Source of the DNA: Ostreococcus lucimarinus | Lineage: Eukaryota | Strand: one strand, 5' to 3' | NCBI GenBank assembly: GCA_000092065.1 | Contig: CP000600.1 | DNA length: 64,000 nt | In this document: piece by piece, positions 10,503 through 20,134 of the stretch | Position numbering within the stretch: position 1 is the first letter of the stretch | Layout: every line of letters starts with the position of its first letter | Position numbers and translations under genes: made by a program | The notes under the pieces: generated by a model | Seen by the model: the letters and a program-made list of their open reading frames with translations, nothing else | What the model was told of the DNA's origin: nothing | Databases searched by the model: none

Positions 10503-10845
10503 CCTAGCCGATACTGTAATTTAGTAAGTCAATCTAGTGTTGTCGCGGTGCGTGCGCGCGTGCGCGCGTTAATGAAACAATCTTTGCGTTCCGTTACAAA
10601 GCGTCGAATCCGCGCCTCGCTAAGAGAGGGCGCGTCTCGTCGTGTCGCGCGGCGTGTGACTGTTCTGGTCCCGCGAGCGAATGTAGCGTGACGCGTCCGA
10701 GATGTTCGTCGTCCGCGTGCGCTCGCTCGCCGGTCTTCACCGTGCTAAATGTGTCGCCCCGTTTTGTACAAATGAATTCGCTACGTCGCGACGAATTCTC
10801 CGTGGAGAGCCCCGAGCGCTCTCTTTTCCCCTCAAACGTCCTCAC

Positions 10846-12412
10846 TCACGCCTCGCGTCGCACATTCACGTGACCTTCACGAATCAATTCATCCAAATTC
10901 AACGTTTCGACGTCAGACGTCGCGTAAAGTACCTTGGCGGTGCGATTACGCTCGTTGAGCGAAATCACCTCCGCGCGATACCACAAGTTATCGTCCGGCC
11001 AAAACAACTGTGGAGGCGGCGCGCGCGCGCGATCACGTCAGTCTTCGCATCCTCGTTCATCTTCTCACGCGCATCGCGTCTTGTCGACGCGTGACGCGAC
11101 GCGTGACGAGACAAATCGCCTCGAGTGGGCGTCGGGCTCCCTCGTCTCGAGGGTTCCGAAAACGACGGTTCGCGCTCGCACCTCAATTTGCGCGTTCTTC
11201 AGCGTCGTCAGCGCTTGATCGGGGTCTAGGATGAACCCAGGGGATGGTTTCTTAAAACCTTGTGCGTCCATCTGCGCATCGAACCGAGGCGTCGATCGCG
11301 TCGTCGTCAGTCGTCGTGGTCGTGGTCGTCGTCATCGTCGCGAAGGAGCGAATCGCGTCACGCGCGCATTCGTCACGAAATCGCCGCCAGCGCGCTTCGT
11401 TCGCACGCACCGGGTCCACTTTATGCTTCTTCACCTTGGAACTATTTCCCTTGACGTCCGCGAGCGCGGTTTTCGCGCCCTTCCCCGTCGCGTCGCGCCC
11501 GTTCGCCTGCGCACCGCCATTCTGACGCGCGCCCGCGCTCGTCGGTTTCTCTTCGCGTCCGTGCGCCGCGCTGAGCGTTTCGTACACCGTGGGCACGGCG
11601 TTGATCTGCGCGAAAAGTGCATCACTGATCGTCGTCGTCGTCCCGCGTCGCCGTCAGTCGCGCGCGTCGTCGTCGAACATCGCGTCGCTTCGTCACCCGC
11701 GAGGGTCGCATTCGCGTCGTTTCAGCGGCATCGGCATCGACGACGACAACGCGCTCGACGCTCGACGCACCGTTTCTTGGCGTCAAACTTGGCGCCGTAA
11801 TAAAACGCCACCGCCATCAACCACGCATCGCTGTGCACGGCGACCAACGCGAGCCAATCCTTACGCTGCGTCGTCGAAAGCACCGCGCATCGCGACTTCG
11901 TCAGTCGGTCGTTCGCGCGCGCGGTCGAATCGAATCAAATCGCATCGTCGCGCCGCATTCGCGCCGCGTTCGCGCCGCGCGCCGCGCGGATTCGCGCGCA
12001 TCGAATTTACCTGCATCCCATCGCGCGCGAAATTAATCCCGAGCGCCGGTTCCGGGAGCTCGGGCGGGACTTCTTCGGCGGGTAATTGCACGTCCCACGT
12101 CCCGTCGGGATTGCCGTACAGGCACAAGTTTTCCTTGTCCGGGTCGCACTGCGCGTAGAACGCCTCGACGTCTGCGTGGTTCGACGCGGGTTAATCGTCT
12201 GCGTCGTCGTTCGCGTTCGCGTCGCGCGCGCTTCGTCGCGCGCTTCGTCGCGCGACCGCGATCGCGTCCCGGTCGCGTCCCGGTCGCGCGACGTGCGAAT
12301 CCGTCGATCGGCGCGCGCGCGCGTTCGTACCGCGCGTCAGGGCCTTGACGAGGCCGTCGCGTCGACGGGAAAAGTTTGCGTGGACCTCATCGACCGTGCG
12401 CGGGGCCTCCAT
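10846..12412 (-). CDS. Alfin-like PAL-domain chromatin reader. Six-exon model: complement join(12331..12412,12011..12171,11771..11865,11411..11624,11182..11271,10846..11007). The C-terminal exon encodes a Tudor/Agenet-like domain rather than the usual PHD finger.
   Basis: Manual splicing. Exons 1-4 give [132 protein letters not shown], which is near-colinear with plant Alfin PAL domains. Introns are 139-174 nt with GTRMGW donors, CTGAC branch and CAG acceptors. Exon lengths sum to 804 nt, in frame. The last exon ([47 protein letters not shown]) ends at TGA 10846 and is followed by AT-richer 3'UTR. Exons 5-6 are less certain than 1-4. Confidence 0.6.
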
Positions 12413-12587
12413 GGGCGCCGGGCAGGCGAGGCAGCGCGGGAATGTCGCGACGGCGCGGTGGGATTTGAAATACGTTTGGGAAACACGTGGATTCGCCATC
12501 ATTTGGCGAAATGTCGATTTGGGACGGGGACTTCGCGTCGCGCGCGCGGAGACGCGATCGGAGAGGGAAGGCGCGCGAAAGCGTGCG

Positions 12588-15500
12588 TTACACGTCATAC
12601 GCGAGTAAATCGTCGACGTCGCCGACGCCGATGGCGATGAAGACGAAGTCGCACAGCGCGGCGACGAGGCGAGGATGGGGGAGAGGGGGGCGGCGGGCGA
12701 GCGTCGCTGCGAAGCGCTCGCGCGCGGGATGGATCGGTTCGAGGGCGTCGATGGCGGTGATGATCCAGGGTGTGACGACGTCGGGGGCGGTATGGAGTAA
12801 AGTGGCGAGGAATGAGGCGGCGGGGCGGAGGCAGGCGCGAGGGGTAATTTCGGCGCACGCCGCGCGGAGGATGGCGTTCGCCGCGAGCGGGCCGCGGGAG
12901 AGGAAGTATTCGTCCACGCGACACGCATTGGCGACCCAGGGTGCGGATCGCTTGGCCTTTTCACCGGGAGAAACGATCGCGTTCAGCAGCGCCAAAGAAG
13001 CGCGCACGGGGGCGTACTCTCGCAGCTCGAGCGCGGCGACGGAGAGATCGAGCACGTCGAACAAGGTTTCGTTCGCCAATCCCTGCGCCGGCGCGAAGAT
13101 AACGAACGCCCTAGCGGTGGAAAATAAAGCTTCAGCGAGATCCCAATCATCTGATCCCGATCGCACGCCACGCACGGTCTCACATGCTATTTGGGAGAAA
13201 GCCGCGCTCAACGTCGCGCCGACGTGCGGGGCGCTTGGCAACAACTCGCTCGTGCCACTCTCGGGCGAGCTGATCGACGCCACCTCTATCGCGGTGGCGA
13301 TCGGCTCGAGCAAGGACGCACACTTAGTCGCCATGAACGTGCGCGCGATGGATTCGAGCATGGGCACGATCATGTTGACTGAACTTTCCTTGGCGCTCAG
13401 AAGCGCCGCGACGTAAATCTCCGCCGCAGCTTTAATCACGCTCGGCGCTTGCCACGTTCGCTTCGCGACGATTTCTTCCAGCGTCGGCCACGCCGCGGCT
13501 AAAACAGAGATGGCAGGGTGCTCACAGCTCGACGCGATCGTCGCACTCGGTAAAAATTCTAAGAATCTCACCGACGCCGCGATCAAGGCGAGTTCAGCCG
13601 CCATCGCTCTCGCCGCCGAGGCGTGCGCGATTTGGTTCGGAGGAATCTGCGGCGCCATTTCGGCAGCGATCCGTTTGCATCGCGCAAGCACAGGAGCTAT
13701 TAACCTCGCGCTTGCTTCCGACGCTTGCTGCACGGGCATCGCCGCAATCACCCGCGCCAATCCTTCGGTGACCGACGCGCGACCGTCCTCGTCGTCTTCG
13801 CTTTCAAAAGTCAATCGCACGTCCGCGATGCATCTTTCGGTGTGTTCTAACAGCGCCGCAAACGTGGATGGTTCCTTCAAATGTCGCGCACACCGCGAAC
13901 ACACTGATTTAAACGCTAAAGCCGCCCGCGACCACGCGGGAGGATGCGGAAAAGACGACGTGATGTACATCAAAACGCCGCGCGCGCGCGCGGCTTGCGC
14001 CGCCGAGTTCGCGGGAGGGCCGCGACGACCGAGCCAGTTGGCGTAAGACGCGATGAGGCGACACGTACCCGCTCGAACGAGCTGATGCGATGAGAACAGA
14101 CCGCTGTTGTCGGTCGTGTGCTCAGAAATCGTCGATAGAAGTTGCGCGAGAAACGTTTCGATCTCCTCCGAGGGTGCGTCTTCCAAATCGTCGTTGACGC
14201 GACTCGCGGGAGCGCGCAATGCGAACGCTCCCGCCTCAGCGGCTTGCCAATTTTGCGCGGCACCTAACGCGCTACCAATTATGCTAAAGTATTGCCCACG
14301 CAAAACGCCGTAACAGTTGTCGAGAAGATCGGCGACGACGTGTTCGCGAAATCGCTCAAACGTGTCCTCGTCCTCGTTCGCGACGGCCCAGGTGGTGAAA
14401 TCGTCGGGCAACGTCGCTTGTTTCAGTAACACCTCCGTCAAACGCGCGTGCATGGGCGCACGCAAGCTTTCGTGCCTCGAAGACACTCCCACAACATCCA
14501 TCATTAAGAAAAAATCAACCGCCACCTCGGTCACCTCGCGACCGTGGCGCTCCATGAGCGACAAGATGAGCGACACGAGCGCCAAGGAATCTTCGTCACC
14601 GCGCGCGAGCACGCTCACGCACCGTTCGCTCAACGCAACGGCGACGAGACAAATATTTCGCGCGAGCGAAACGCCGTCGTCGGAGTCGTTTGCCGCGCTC
14701 GCGTGCGCGAGCAAACCTCGCGTCACCGCGTTCATCGCCTGAAATTCCTCCGCCTCGCCGCCGCTTCGTCCTTGGTGTAAATCCACCAAAAAGTCCACCG
14801 CCGCCGCTCCGCACCCGCCGCTCTCGATCGCCAAGCACTGCAAGACGTCCCCGAAAAGTTGGCCGTGTCGCACGGCGAACTCAGTCGGGGACAATCGCAA
14901 TCCGCCGCCGACGTCGCCCGACGGATCCAACTTTAACCACCCGCGCGCCGCGCGCACGCACGACGCCTTCAACGCGTCCGTCTGTCGCGACCGCGCGCTT
15001 CCACACGCGCTAAACACCTCACGCACCGTAATCAAAACCCTCTCTCCCTCGTTCGCGCACGCCATCGCGAGTTCCCGTCGACTCGACGTCTCCGCCTCGT
15101 CGCACGCCTCCGCCGCGAGCGCCAACAACTCCATCCCCGCCCGCATCGCGCTCGACCCCACCCCGCTCGATCGCACCGCCCCGAACGCCGTCTCCACCAC
15201 CTCCCGCATCTTCGCGCTCCCCATTCGCGCGCCTCCGCGCGCCAGCGCGAGTCCCAACCGTCTCGCCGCCGTCTCCGTCGTCTCGTCGTTCGCCGTCGCC
15301 GCGAACGCCGCCGTCGTCCGTCGCATCATCGCCTCCCGCGCCCCCTCGCTCGCCCCGTTCCACCGCTCCCTCGAGCGCGTCGTCGCGCTCAGCGCGTTCG
15401 CCGCGTAATACGCCACGCACGCGTCCCCTCGCGCGCGTTCGAGCAGTCCGAGCGCGACGCTCGCCGCGCGCGGGTCCTCCGACAGCGCCATCAGACGCGC

Positions 15501-15599
15501 GTTCGCCTCGTCTCGCGTCGCTCGCGTCGACCGCGCGTCGTACAGCGCGACGACCGCGGCGCGCGCGCGCTCGATCGACGCGTCGTCGGCGTCGCGCAT
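12588..15599 (-). CDS. Importin-beta family nuclear transport receptor (transportin-3/importin-13/Mtr10-like), all-helical HEAT/ARM protein
   Basis: ORF 12588..15758 (-), trimmed to ATG at complement 15597..15599 (MRDADDASIERARAAVVALYD...). This is an importin-N-like N-terminus followed by ~1000 aa of HEAT-like repeats. Confidence 0.6.
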   Translation of the reverse strand: MRDADDASIERARAAVVALYDARSTRATRDEANARLMALSEDPRAASVALGLLERARGDACVAYYAANALSATTRSRERWNGASEGAREAMMRRTTAAFAATANDETTETAARRLGLALARGGARMGSAKMREVVETAFGAVRSSGVGSSAMRAGMELLALAAEACDEAETSSRRELAMACANEGERVLITVREVFSACGSARSRQTDALKASCVRAARGWLKLDPSGDVGGGLRLSPTEFAVRHGQLFGDVLQCLAIESGGCGAAAVDFLVDLHQGRSGGEAEEFQAMNAVTRGLLAHASAANDSDDGVSLARNICLVAVALSERCVSVLARGDEDSLALVSLILSLMERHGREVTEVAVDFFLMMDVVGVSSRHESLRAPMHARLTEVLLKQATLPDDFTTWAVANEDEDTFERFREHVVADLLDNCYGVLRGQYFSIIGSALGAAQNWQAAEAGAFALRAPASRVNDDLEDAPSEEIETFLAQLLSTISEHTTDNSGLFSSHQLVRAGTCRLIASYANWLGRRGPPANSAAQAARARGVLMYITSSFPHPPAWSRAALAFKSVCSRCARHLKEPSTFAALLEHTERCIADVRLTFESEDDEDGRASVTEGLARVIAAMPVQQASEASARLIAPVLARCKRIAAEMAPQIPPNQIAHASAARAMAAELALIAASVRFLEFLPSATIASSCEHPAISVLAAAWPTLEEIVAKRTWQAPSVIKAAAEIYVAALLSAKESSVNMIVPMLESIARTFMATKCASLLEPIATAIEVASISSPESGTSELLPSAPHVGATLSAAFSQIACETVRGVRSGSDDWDLAEALFSTARAFVIFAPAQGLANETLFDVLDLSVAALELREYAPVRASLALLNAIVSPGEKAKRSAPWVANACRVDEYFLSRGPLAANAILRAACAEITPRACLRPAASFLATLLHTAPDVVTPWIITAIDALEPIHPARERFAATLARRPPLPHPRLVAALCDFVFIAIGVGDVDDLLAYDV

Positions 15600-15693
15600 G
15601 GCGCGCGCGTCGCGCGTCGCGCCGCGATGTGCCGACCGATGGTCGCGGATGGATGCGACGCGACGCGACCGCAGACGCCGACGCGGCGCGCCG
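15600..15693. promoter_or_regulatory. ~94-bp bidirectional promoter region between the divergent importin-beta-like and MTH1-like genes
   Basis: Head-to-head start codons; inference only. Confidence 0.3.
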
Positions 15694-16310
15694 ATGCCGC
15701 GCGAGGTGCGCGAGGGCGACATCGCGCTCGCGCGCGGCGCCGCGCATCGGGCGTTCACGCTCGTCGTCGTGCGCGACTACGAGGGCGGTCGAGTGCTGCT
15801 GGGCGAAAAACTGCGCGGATTCGGCGCCGGGTGCGTCCGCGACCGAGACGAGGCGAAACGCGCGATGACTGACGAATGCGCGACGGGCGTAGGTATTACA
15901 ACGGATTCGGGGGGAAGGTGGAGCGCGGGGAGACGGTGGAGGCGGCGGCGGCGCGAGAGCTGACGGAGGAGGCGAACGTCGAGGCGACGAACATGACGCG
16001 GCGAGGGGCGCTGCGATTCGTGTTCGACGATAAACCGCTCGAACCGTGGTTGGTGCACGTGTTTCACTGCTCGCGGTACGACGGGGAGATCGCGGCGAGC
16101 GATGAGATGCGACCGGAGTGGTTCGATTTGGACGACGTGCCGTTTGAAAATATGTGGGCGGACGATCCGTACTGGTGGCCGTTGTTTTTGGAGGAGAAGG
16201 AGTTCGTGGGGACGTTTACGTTCACGAACACGACGACGCTCGTGGATTATTGGATTCGGGAGACGAAGGATCTGATGCTCGACGTCGAGGCGATGACGGC
16301 GAACGAATGA
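15694..16310 (+). CDS. NUDT1: Nudix hydrolase, MTH1/NUDT1-like (oxidised purine nucleoside triphosphatase). Two exons: join(15694..15830,15893..16310).
   Basis: ORFs 15598..15963 and 15876..16310 lie in different frames. They are joined by a 62-nt intron (GTGCGT donor, CTGAC branch, TAG acceptor). The spliced product ...LLGEKLRGFGAG|GYYNGFGGKVERGETVEAAAARELTEEA restores the Nudix box and parallels human MTH1 (RGFGAGRWNGFGGKVQEGE; MRPEWF, FENMWADDPYWWPL). Confidence 0.75.
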
Positions 16311-16387
16311 CGGTTCGTCGTCGACGACGGCGGAACGCGCGTTCGCGCTCGAATGTAAATCATATGTAAATCATCGCGTCGTCGAAA

Positions 16388-17236
16388 CTAAACGGGCGCG
16401 CTCGACGTCAGTTCTTCGAGCAAGCGCTCGACGTCGACGCGGTCGAGCACGAGCTTCACGCCGACCTGCGCGGCGAGCTGCTCGCGAAGGAACGAGATCG
16501 ATCCTTTCCATTCGATCTCGTCGTCCCGCGTCGCGACGAAAGCCGCGGCGACGCATTCGGCTTGCGATTCGGACGCTTCCCCGTCCGCGGATCGCGACCC
16601 GCGTCTAATAATACCGAGTCGCTCGGGCGAGATGGAGTCCCCGCTTTCGTCGGCGTGCGGCGCCGGCTCGAAGGCGTCGAGAGACTCGCCTTCGATCTCG
16701 CCGCCTTCGATCTCGCCGACGTCCTCGGGCGGCGACTCGTCGATCGAAGATTCCCCGCGATGGACCTCGAACAGCGAATACACGCTCTCCGAAACCCCAT
16801 CACCGTCGTCGCCGTCGTCCTCGATCGCGTCGTCGACGACGCCGCGCGCGCGTTCCGGGCTCTCCGCGCCCACCATCGCGCGCTCCGCGCTCGTCACGTC
16901 GACGCGATACTTTCGCGTCAGCATCGGCGGCGCGTCCGCGCGCTCGTTTCTTCTCGCCACGGCGCCCACGCCGTCGGGCGCGAACGTCAATCGCTCCATG
17001 ATCGCCGATCCATCGACTCGTTTCATCGGATACGCGCGCGCGATGCGCAATCGAACCTCCGCCGTCTTCGTCTCGTCGTCGCCCTTCTCGTCGTCGTCGT
17101 CGCGCAGCACCTCCAGCGGTTTCACGGTCACCGCACGCCTCGACGTCGCCAGCACCAACCCCGCCCAATCTTTATCGTGCTTCCGCATCGACCCCGCGAC
17201 GAGGACGACGCAGTAATGCCGCGATCGCGCGTTCAT
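16388..17236 (-). CDS. Hypothetical protein with an acidic central region; function unknown
   Basis: ORF 16388..17236 (-). The amino-acid composition is protein-like, but I recognise no family. Confidence 0.4.
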   Translation of the reverse strand: MNARSRHYCVVLVAGSMRKHDKDWAGLVLATSRRAVTVKPLEVLRDDDDEKGDDETKTAEVRLRIARAYPMKRVDGSAIMERLTFAPDGVGAVARRNERADAPPMLTRKYRVDVTSAERAMVGAESPERARGVVDDAIEDDGDDGDGVSESVYSLFEVHRGESSIDESPPEDVGEIEGGEIEGESLDAFEPAPHADESGDSISPERLGIIRRGSRSADGEASESQAECVAAAFVATRDDEIEWKGSISFLREQLAAQVGVKLVLDRVDVERLLEELTSSAPV

Positions 17237-17481
17237 CGGGTACGCCGCGCGCGCGTCTGCGCTCGGCGGCGGCGACGCCGCGCGCGCGGTGAGTCCGAGC
17301 GTCCGCGAGTCCGCGCTCGCGCGCCGCGCGTCGACGCACCGTCGAGGAGTCGCGCGCGATGCGCGCGCAGGGACGAGGACGACGCCGCGTCGCCGTCGCG
17401 TCGCGTCGTCGGCGCCGACCCACGCATGGTCGTCTCGCGCGCGCGAGTGCGCTTCGCGACGCCATCGCGCGACGCGCGGCC

Positions 17482-17765
17482 ATGGCCAAGGGCGCGACCA
17501 AGGCGGGCGCGATCCTCGTCAAGCTCGTCAGCGCCGCGCGCACGGGATTCTTCTACGTCAAGCGCAAGAACCCGAAGAAGACGCCGAGGAAGCTCGAGTT
17601 CGTCAAGTACGACCCCAGGGTGCGACGACGACGCGACGGCGTCGCGACGCGAACGCGAGAGCCGTGTAGCGCGGTGACTGACGACGACGCCGCGAAACGC
17701 GGGACGTCGCGCGCGCGCAGGTTCGACGGCACGTGCTGTTCACGGAGACGAAGATTAACAAGTGA
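17482..17765 (+). CDS. MRPL33: Mitochondrial ribosomal protein bL33 (MRPL33-like). Two exons: join(17482..17619,17721..17765).
   Basis: [46 protein letters not shown]|[15 protein letters not shown] 101-nt intron with GTGCGA donor, CTGAC branch and CAG acceptor. It matches the Cys-less eukaryotic bL33 pattern (TGFFY..KLE..KYDP.V..HVLF.E.K). The start could instead be the upstream in-frame M at 17359. Confidence 0.75.
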
Positions 17766-17899
17766 GCGCGCCGAGCGACGACGACGACGACGCGAACGGG
17801 ATCCGTCGCGAACGCGCGCGCGTCGACGACGCGACCGCGAGCGCGTGTATGAATAACTAACGGAGAAATGAAATCGATCGACGAACGACGAACTTGGCG

Positions 17900-18415
17900 T
17901 CACGCGAATTTGACGCCGTCGTCGCCGAAAATCGCGCACCCGGGCGGACGCGCGTCTCGCCGGCGCTCCGCGACGGCGCGCGCGCGCTCGCGATCCGTCC
18001 CGAGCGCCGACGCGAGCTCGTCCATCGTGCACACCTTCCCGCTCAATCCGTACTCTTCGACGCGCGTCGTCAGCGCGTCGTCCAACGCGGCGAGATCGCG
18101 CGCGTCGACGACGCGCGCGCGCGTCGACGCGTCGTCCAACCACCTCGCGTCTCCCGACGCCACCAGCGCGTCGATCACCGCGCGTCGCGCGTCCAGCGGC
18201 AGCGCGCGCGCGAGCGTCGCGTTCACGAACGCGTCCTCGACGTCCGCGCGCACGATGGGGCTCGCGCGGCGCTTCACCGCGCTGTTTTCGCGCGTCCCGA
18301 CGGCCGTCGCGTCGGCGTCAGTCGCCTCGTGCGTCGCGATTCGCGCCTCGATTCGCGCGTCGCGCGCGCGCACCGCTTCAAGAGTTCGCCCCACATCGCG
18401 CGCTGCGCGCGCCAC
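17900..18415 (-). CDS. Hypothetical small protein (171 aa); weak call
   Basis: ORF 17900..18415 (-) has a more protein-like composition than the Arg-rich plus-strand ORFs over the same region. No family recognised. Confidence 0.25.
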   Translation of the reverse strand: MARAARDVGRTLEAVRARDARIEARIATHEATDADATAVGTRENSAVKRRASPIVRADVEDAFVNATLARALPLDARRAVIDALVASGDARWLDDASTRARVVDARDLAALDDALTTRVEEYGLSGKVCTMDELASALGTDRERARAVAERRRDARPPGCAIFGDDGVKFA

Positions 18416-19008
18416 GCCTGTTCGCGCGGCTGTCGCGTGTACGACGGCGCGTACGCCGCGAACGCGTCGAGCGCGTCATCCATCGCGCGTCCGCACAGTG
18501 ACGCGCGCGATGCCCGCGACGGCGACGCGCGTCGCGGACGCGCGCGCACGGGCGAACGCCACCGTCGCGCGCCGCGTCCGCGCGCCGCGTGCGGCGCGCG
18601 GGGCGACGCGCGCGCGCGCGACGCGCGAACTGCTCGACCTCGCCGCGCTCGTCGACGTCGTCCCGAGCGACCTCGCGCTGAGCGACGCCGAGGAGGCGCT
18701 GGGGAAGTGCGCGTTCGCGGCGCTGAGCGCGTCGAGCGCGGCGTTCGCGGGCAAGGTGCGGACGCGCGCGACGACGACGCGCGAGCGACGAGGGACGGGA
18801 CGCGCGACGACGGCGCGCGAGGGTTATGCGCGCGAGACGACGAGACGACGAGACGACGACGCGCGATGAAGACGCGAGCGACGCGCGACGACGACGGGAA
18901 AAGACGATAAAAAATACGCGAGACTGACGGGAACGAACGCGCGGCGATGGGCGCGCGCAGGCGATTTTTACGGATGAGAAACGCGCGGGACGGGGCGAAC
19001 AGATTGGA

Positions 19009-19896
19009 ATGTACGTCGGGAACGCGTCGCTGTTCGGACTGCTCGCGGCGCGGTGGATCGAGAGCGGACACTTTCCGCTGAGTAATATGTACGAGTCGCT
19101 GTTGTTTCTGGCGTGGGGGATCACGGCGGTGCACCTGGTGGTGACGGAGCGCGACGGGTTCTCGGAGAGCGCGATTCCGGGGGCGCTCGCGGGACCGACG
19201 GCGGCGCTCACGGTGGCCGGGGCGACGTTAGCGCTGCCGGCGGAGCTGCAGCGCGCCACCGCGCTCGTGCCGGCGTTGAAGAGTAATTGGTTGATGATGC
19301 ACGTGAGCGTGATGATGCTGAGTTACGCCACGTTACTCGTCGGTTCGTTGTCGTGCGTGTCGTATTTAGTCGTCGACGCGTCTCAGGATTGGGCCGCGGC
19401 GAAGGGGGCGCTGGAGAAGCTCGATAAGATGGTGTCCAACGACGGCGAGCGCGTGAGAAATAGGCCAAAAGTGAGCGTCGCCGCCGACGGCGAAACCGTG
19501 GCGGTGGAGACGATGAACGCGAGCGAGGATTACGGCGGCGAGCTCGCCATCGAGGCGACGCGCGACGGCGAACGCATCCTCACCGAGATGGACAACTTGG
19601 CCTACCGTTGCTTGGGCGCCGGTTTCACTTTGCTCACCGCGGGTTTGGTTTCCGGCGCGGTGTGGGCCAACGAAGCCTGGGGTTCGTACTGGTCCTGGGA
19701 TCCGAAGGAGACGTGGGCGCTCATCACCTGGCTCGTGTACGCCACGTATTTGCACTCGCGTCTCGTCGCCGGTTGGAGTAAAAAGGACTCGTGCGCCGTC
19801 GGTGCCGCGGGCTTTTTGGTCGTTTGGGTGTGCTACGTCGGCGTCAACCTCTGGGGCGTCGGCTTACACTCGTACGGTTGGTTCGCCAACAAGTAA
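19009..19896 (+). CDS. ccsA: CcsA (cytochrome c-type biogenesis protein, system II heme-handling WWD-domain protein), nuclear copy. It starts inside the region equivalent to plastid CcsA TM2.
   Basis: ORF 19009..19896 (+). GLLAARWIESGHFPLSNMYESLLFLAWGITAVHL and the WWD domain WANEAWGSYWSWDPKETWALITWLVYATYLHSRL...HSYGW are unmistakable. GC content and codon usage match the surrounding nuclear genes. An in-frame stop at 18925 precedes the ATG. Confidence 0.8.
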   Translation: MYVGNASLFGLLAARWIESGHFPLSNMYESLLFLAWGITAVHLVVTERDGFSESAIPGALAGPTAALTVAGATLALPAELQRATALVPALKSNWLMMHVSVMMLSYATLLVGSLSCVSYLVVDASQDWAAAKGALEKLDKMVSNDGERVRNRPKVSVAADGETVAVETMNASEDYGGELAIEATRDGERILTEMDNLAYRCLGAGFTLLTAGLVSGAVWANEAWGSYWSWDPKETWALITWLVYATYLHSRLVAGWSKKDSCAVGAAGFLVVWVCYVGVNLWGVGLHSYGWFANK

Positions 19897-20134
19897 AAAA
19901 GTGAGCGGTCTGCTCGCGCGCCGCCACCACCCCGCGGCGCACGAGACCCACCCGATCGCATCATCATCATCATTGTTATTTTTTATATGTTTTCCTCGCG
20001 ATTATCAGCATCAGCATTGTCAATACGACGAACCGTTTAGTTTGCGCCGAGTCCTTCGCCGCCGCGCGCGTTCGCGTGACCCCCAGAGCGCGCCTCGCGC
20101 GTCTCTCGACCCCTCGTCCGCGCGTTCGAGCGTC

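Noticed and set aside
11272-12330. Possibility that the uniform 139-174-nt Alfin-like introns are Micromonas-type introner elements
   Set aside because: The five introns share only generic GC-rich composition and the donor/branch signals, with no extended sequence similarity to one another. I cannot support a repeat-family claim without a genome-wide search.
12191-12964. 257-aa minus ORF overlapping the Alfin-like first exon, and the 309-aa plus ORF 12487..13416
   Set aside because: The minus ORF is simply exon 1 of the Alfin-like gene read through its intron into upstream sequence. The plus ORF is antisense to the importin-like gene.
15019-15747. 242-aa minus ORF, and similar long ORFs at 18274..19259, 27260..28432, 33329..34297, 39263..40690, 43632..44624, 52466..53755
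   Set aside because: All are Arg/Gly/Ala-dominated, lie antisense to or overlap better-supported genes, and have no recognisable motifs. They are expected false positives at about 68% GC.
17868-18910. Long plus-strand ORFs upstream of ccsA (17868..18869, 17894..18910) as independent genes
   Set aside because: They are Arg-rich low complexity. Only the segment 18510..18755 is retained, and only as a speculative candidate 5' exon for ccsA in the finding above, not as a feature.
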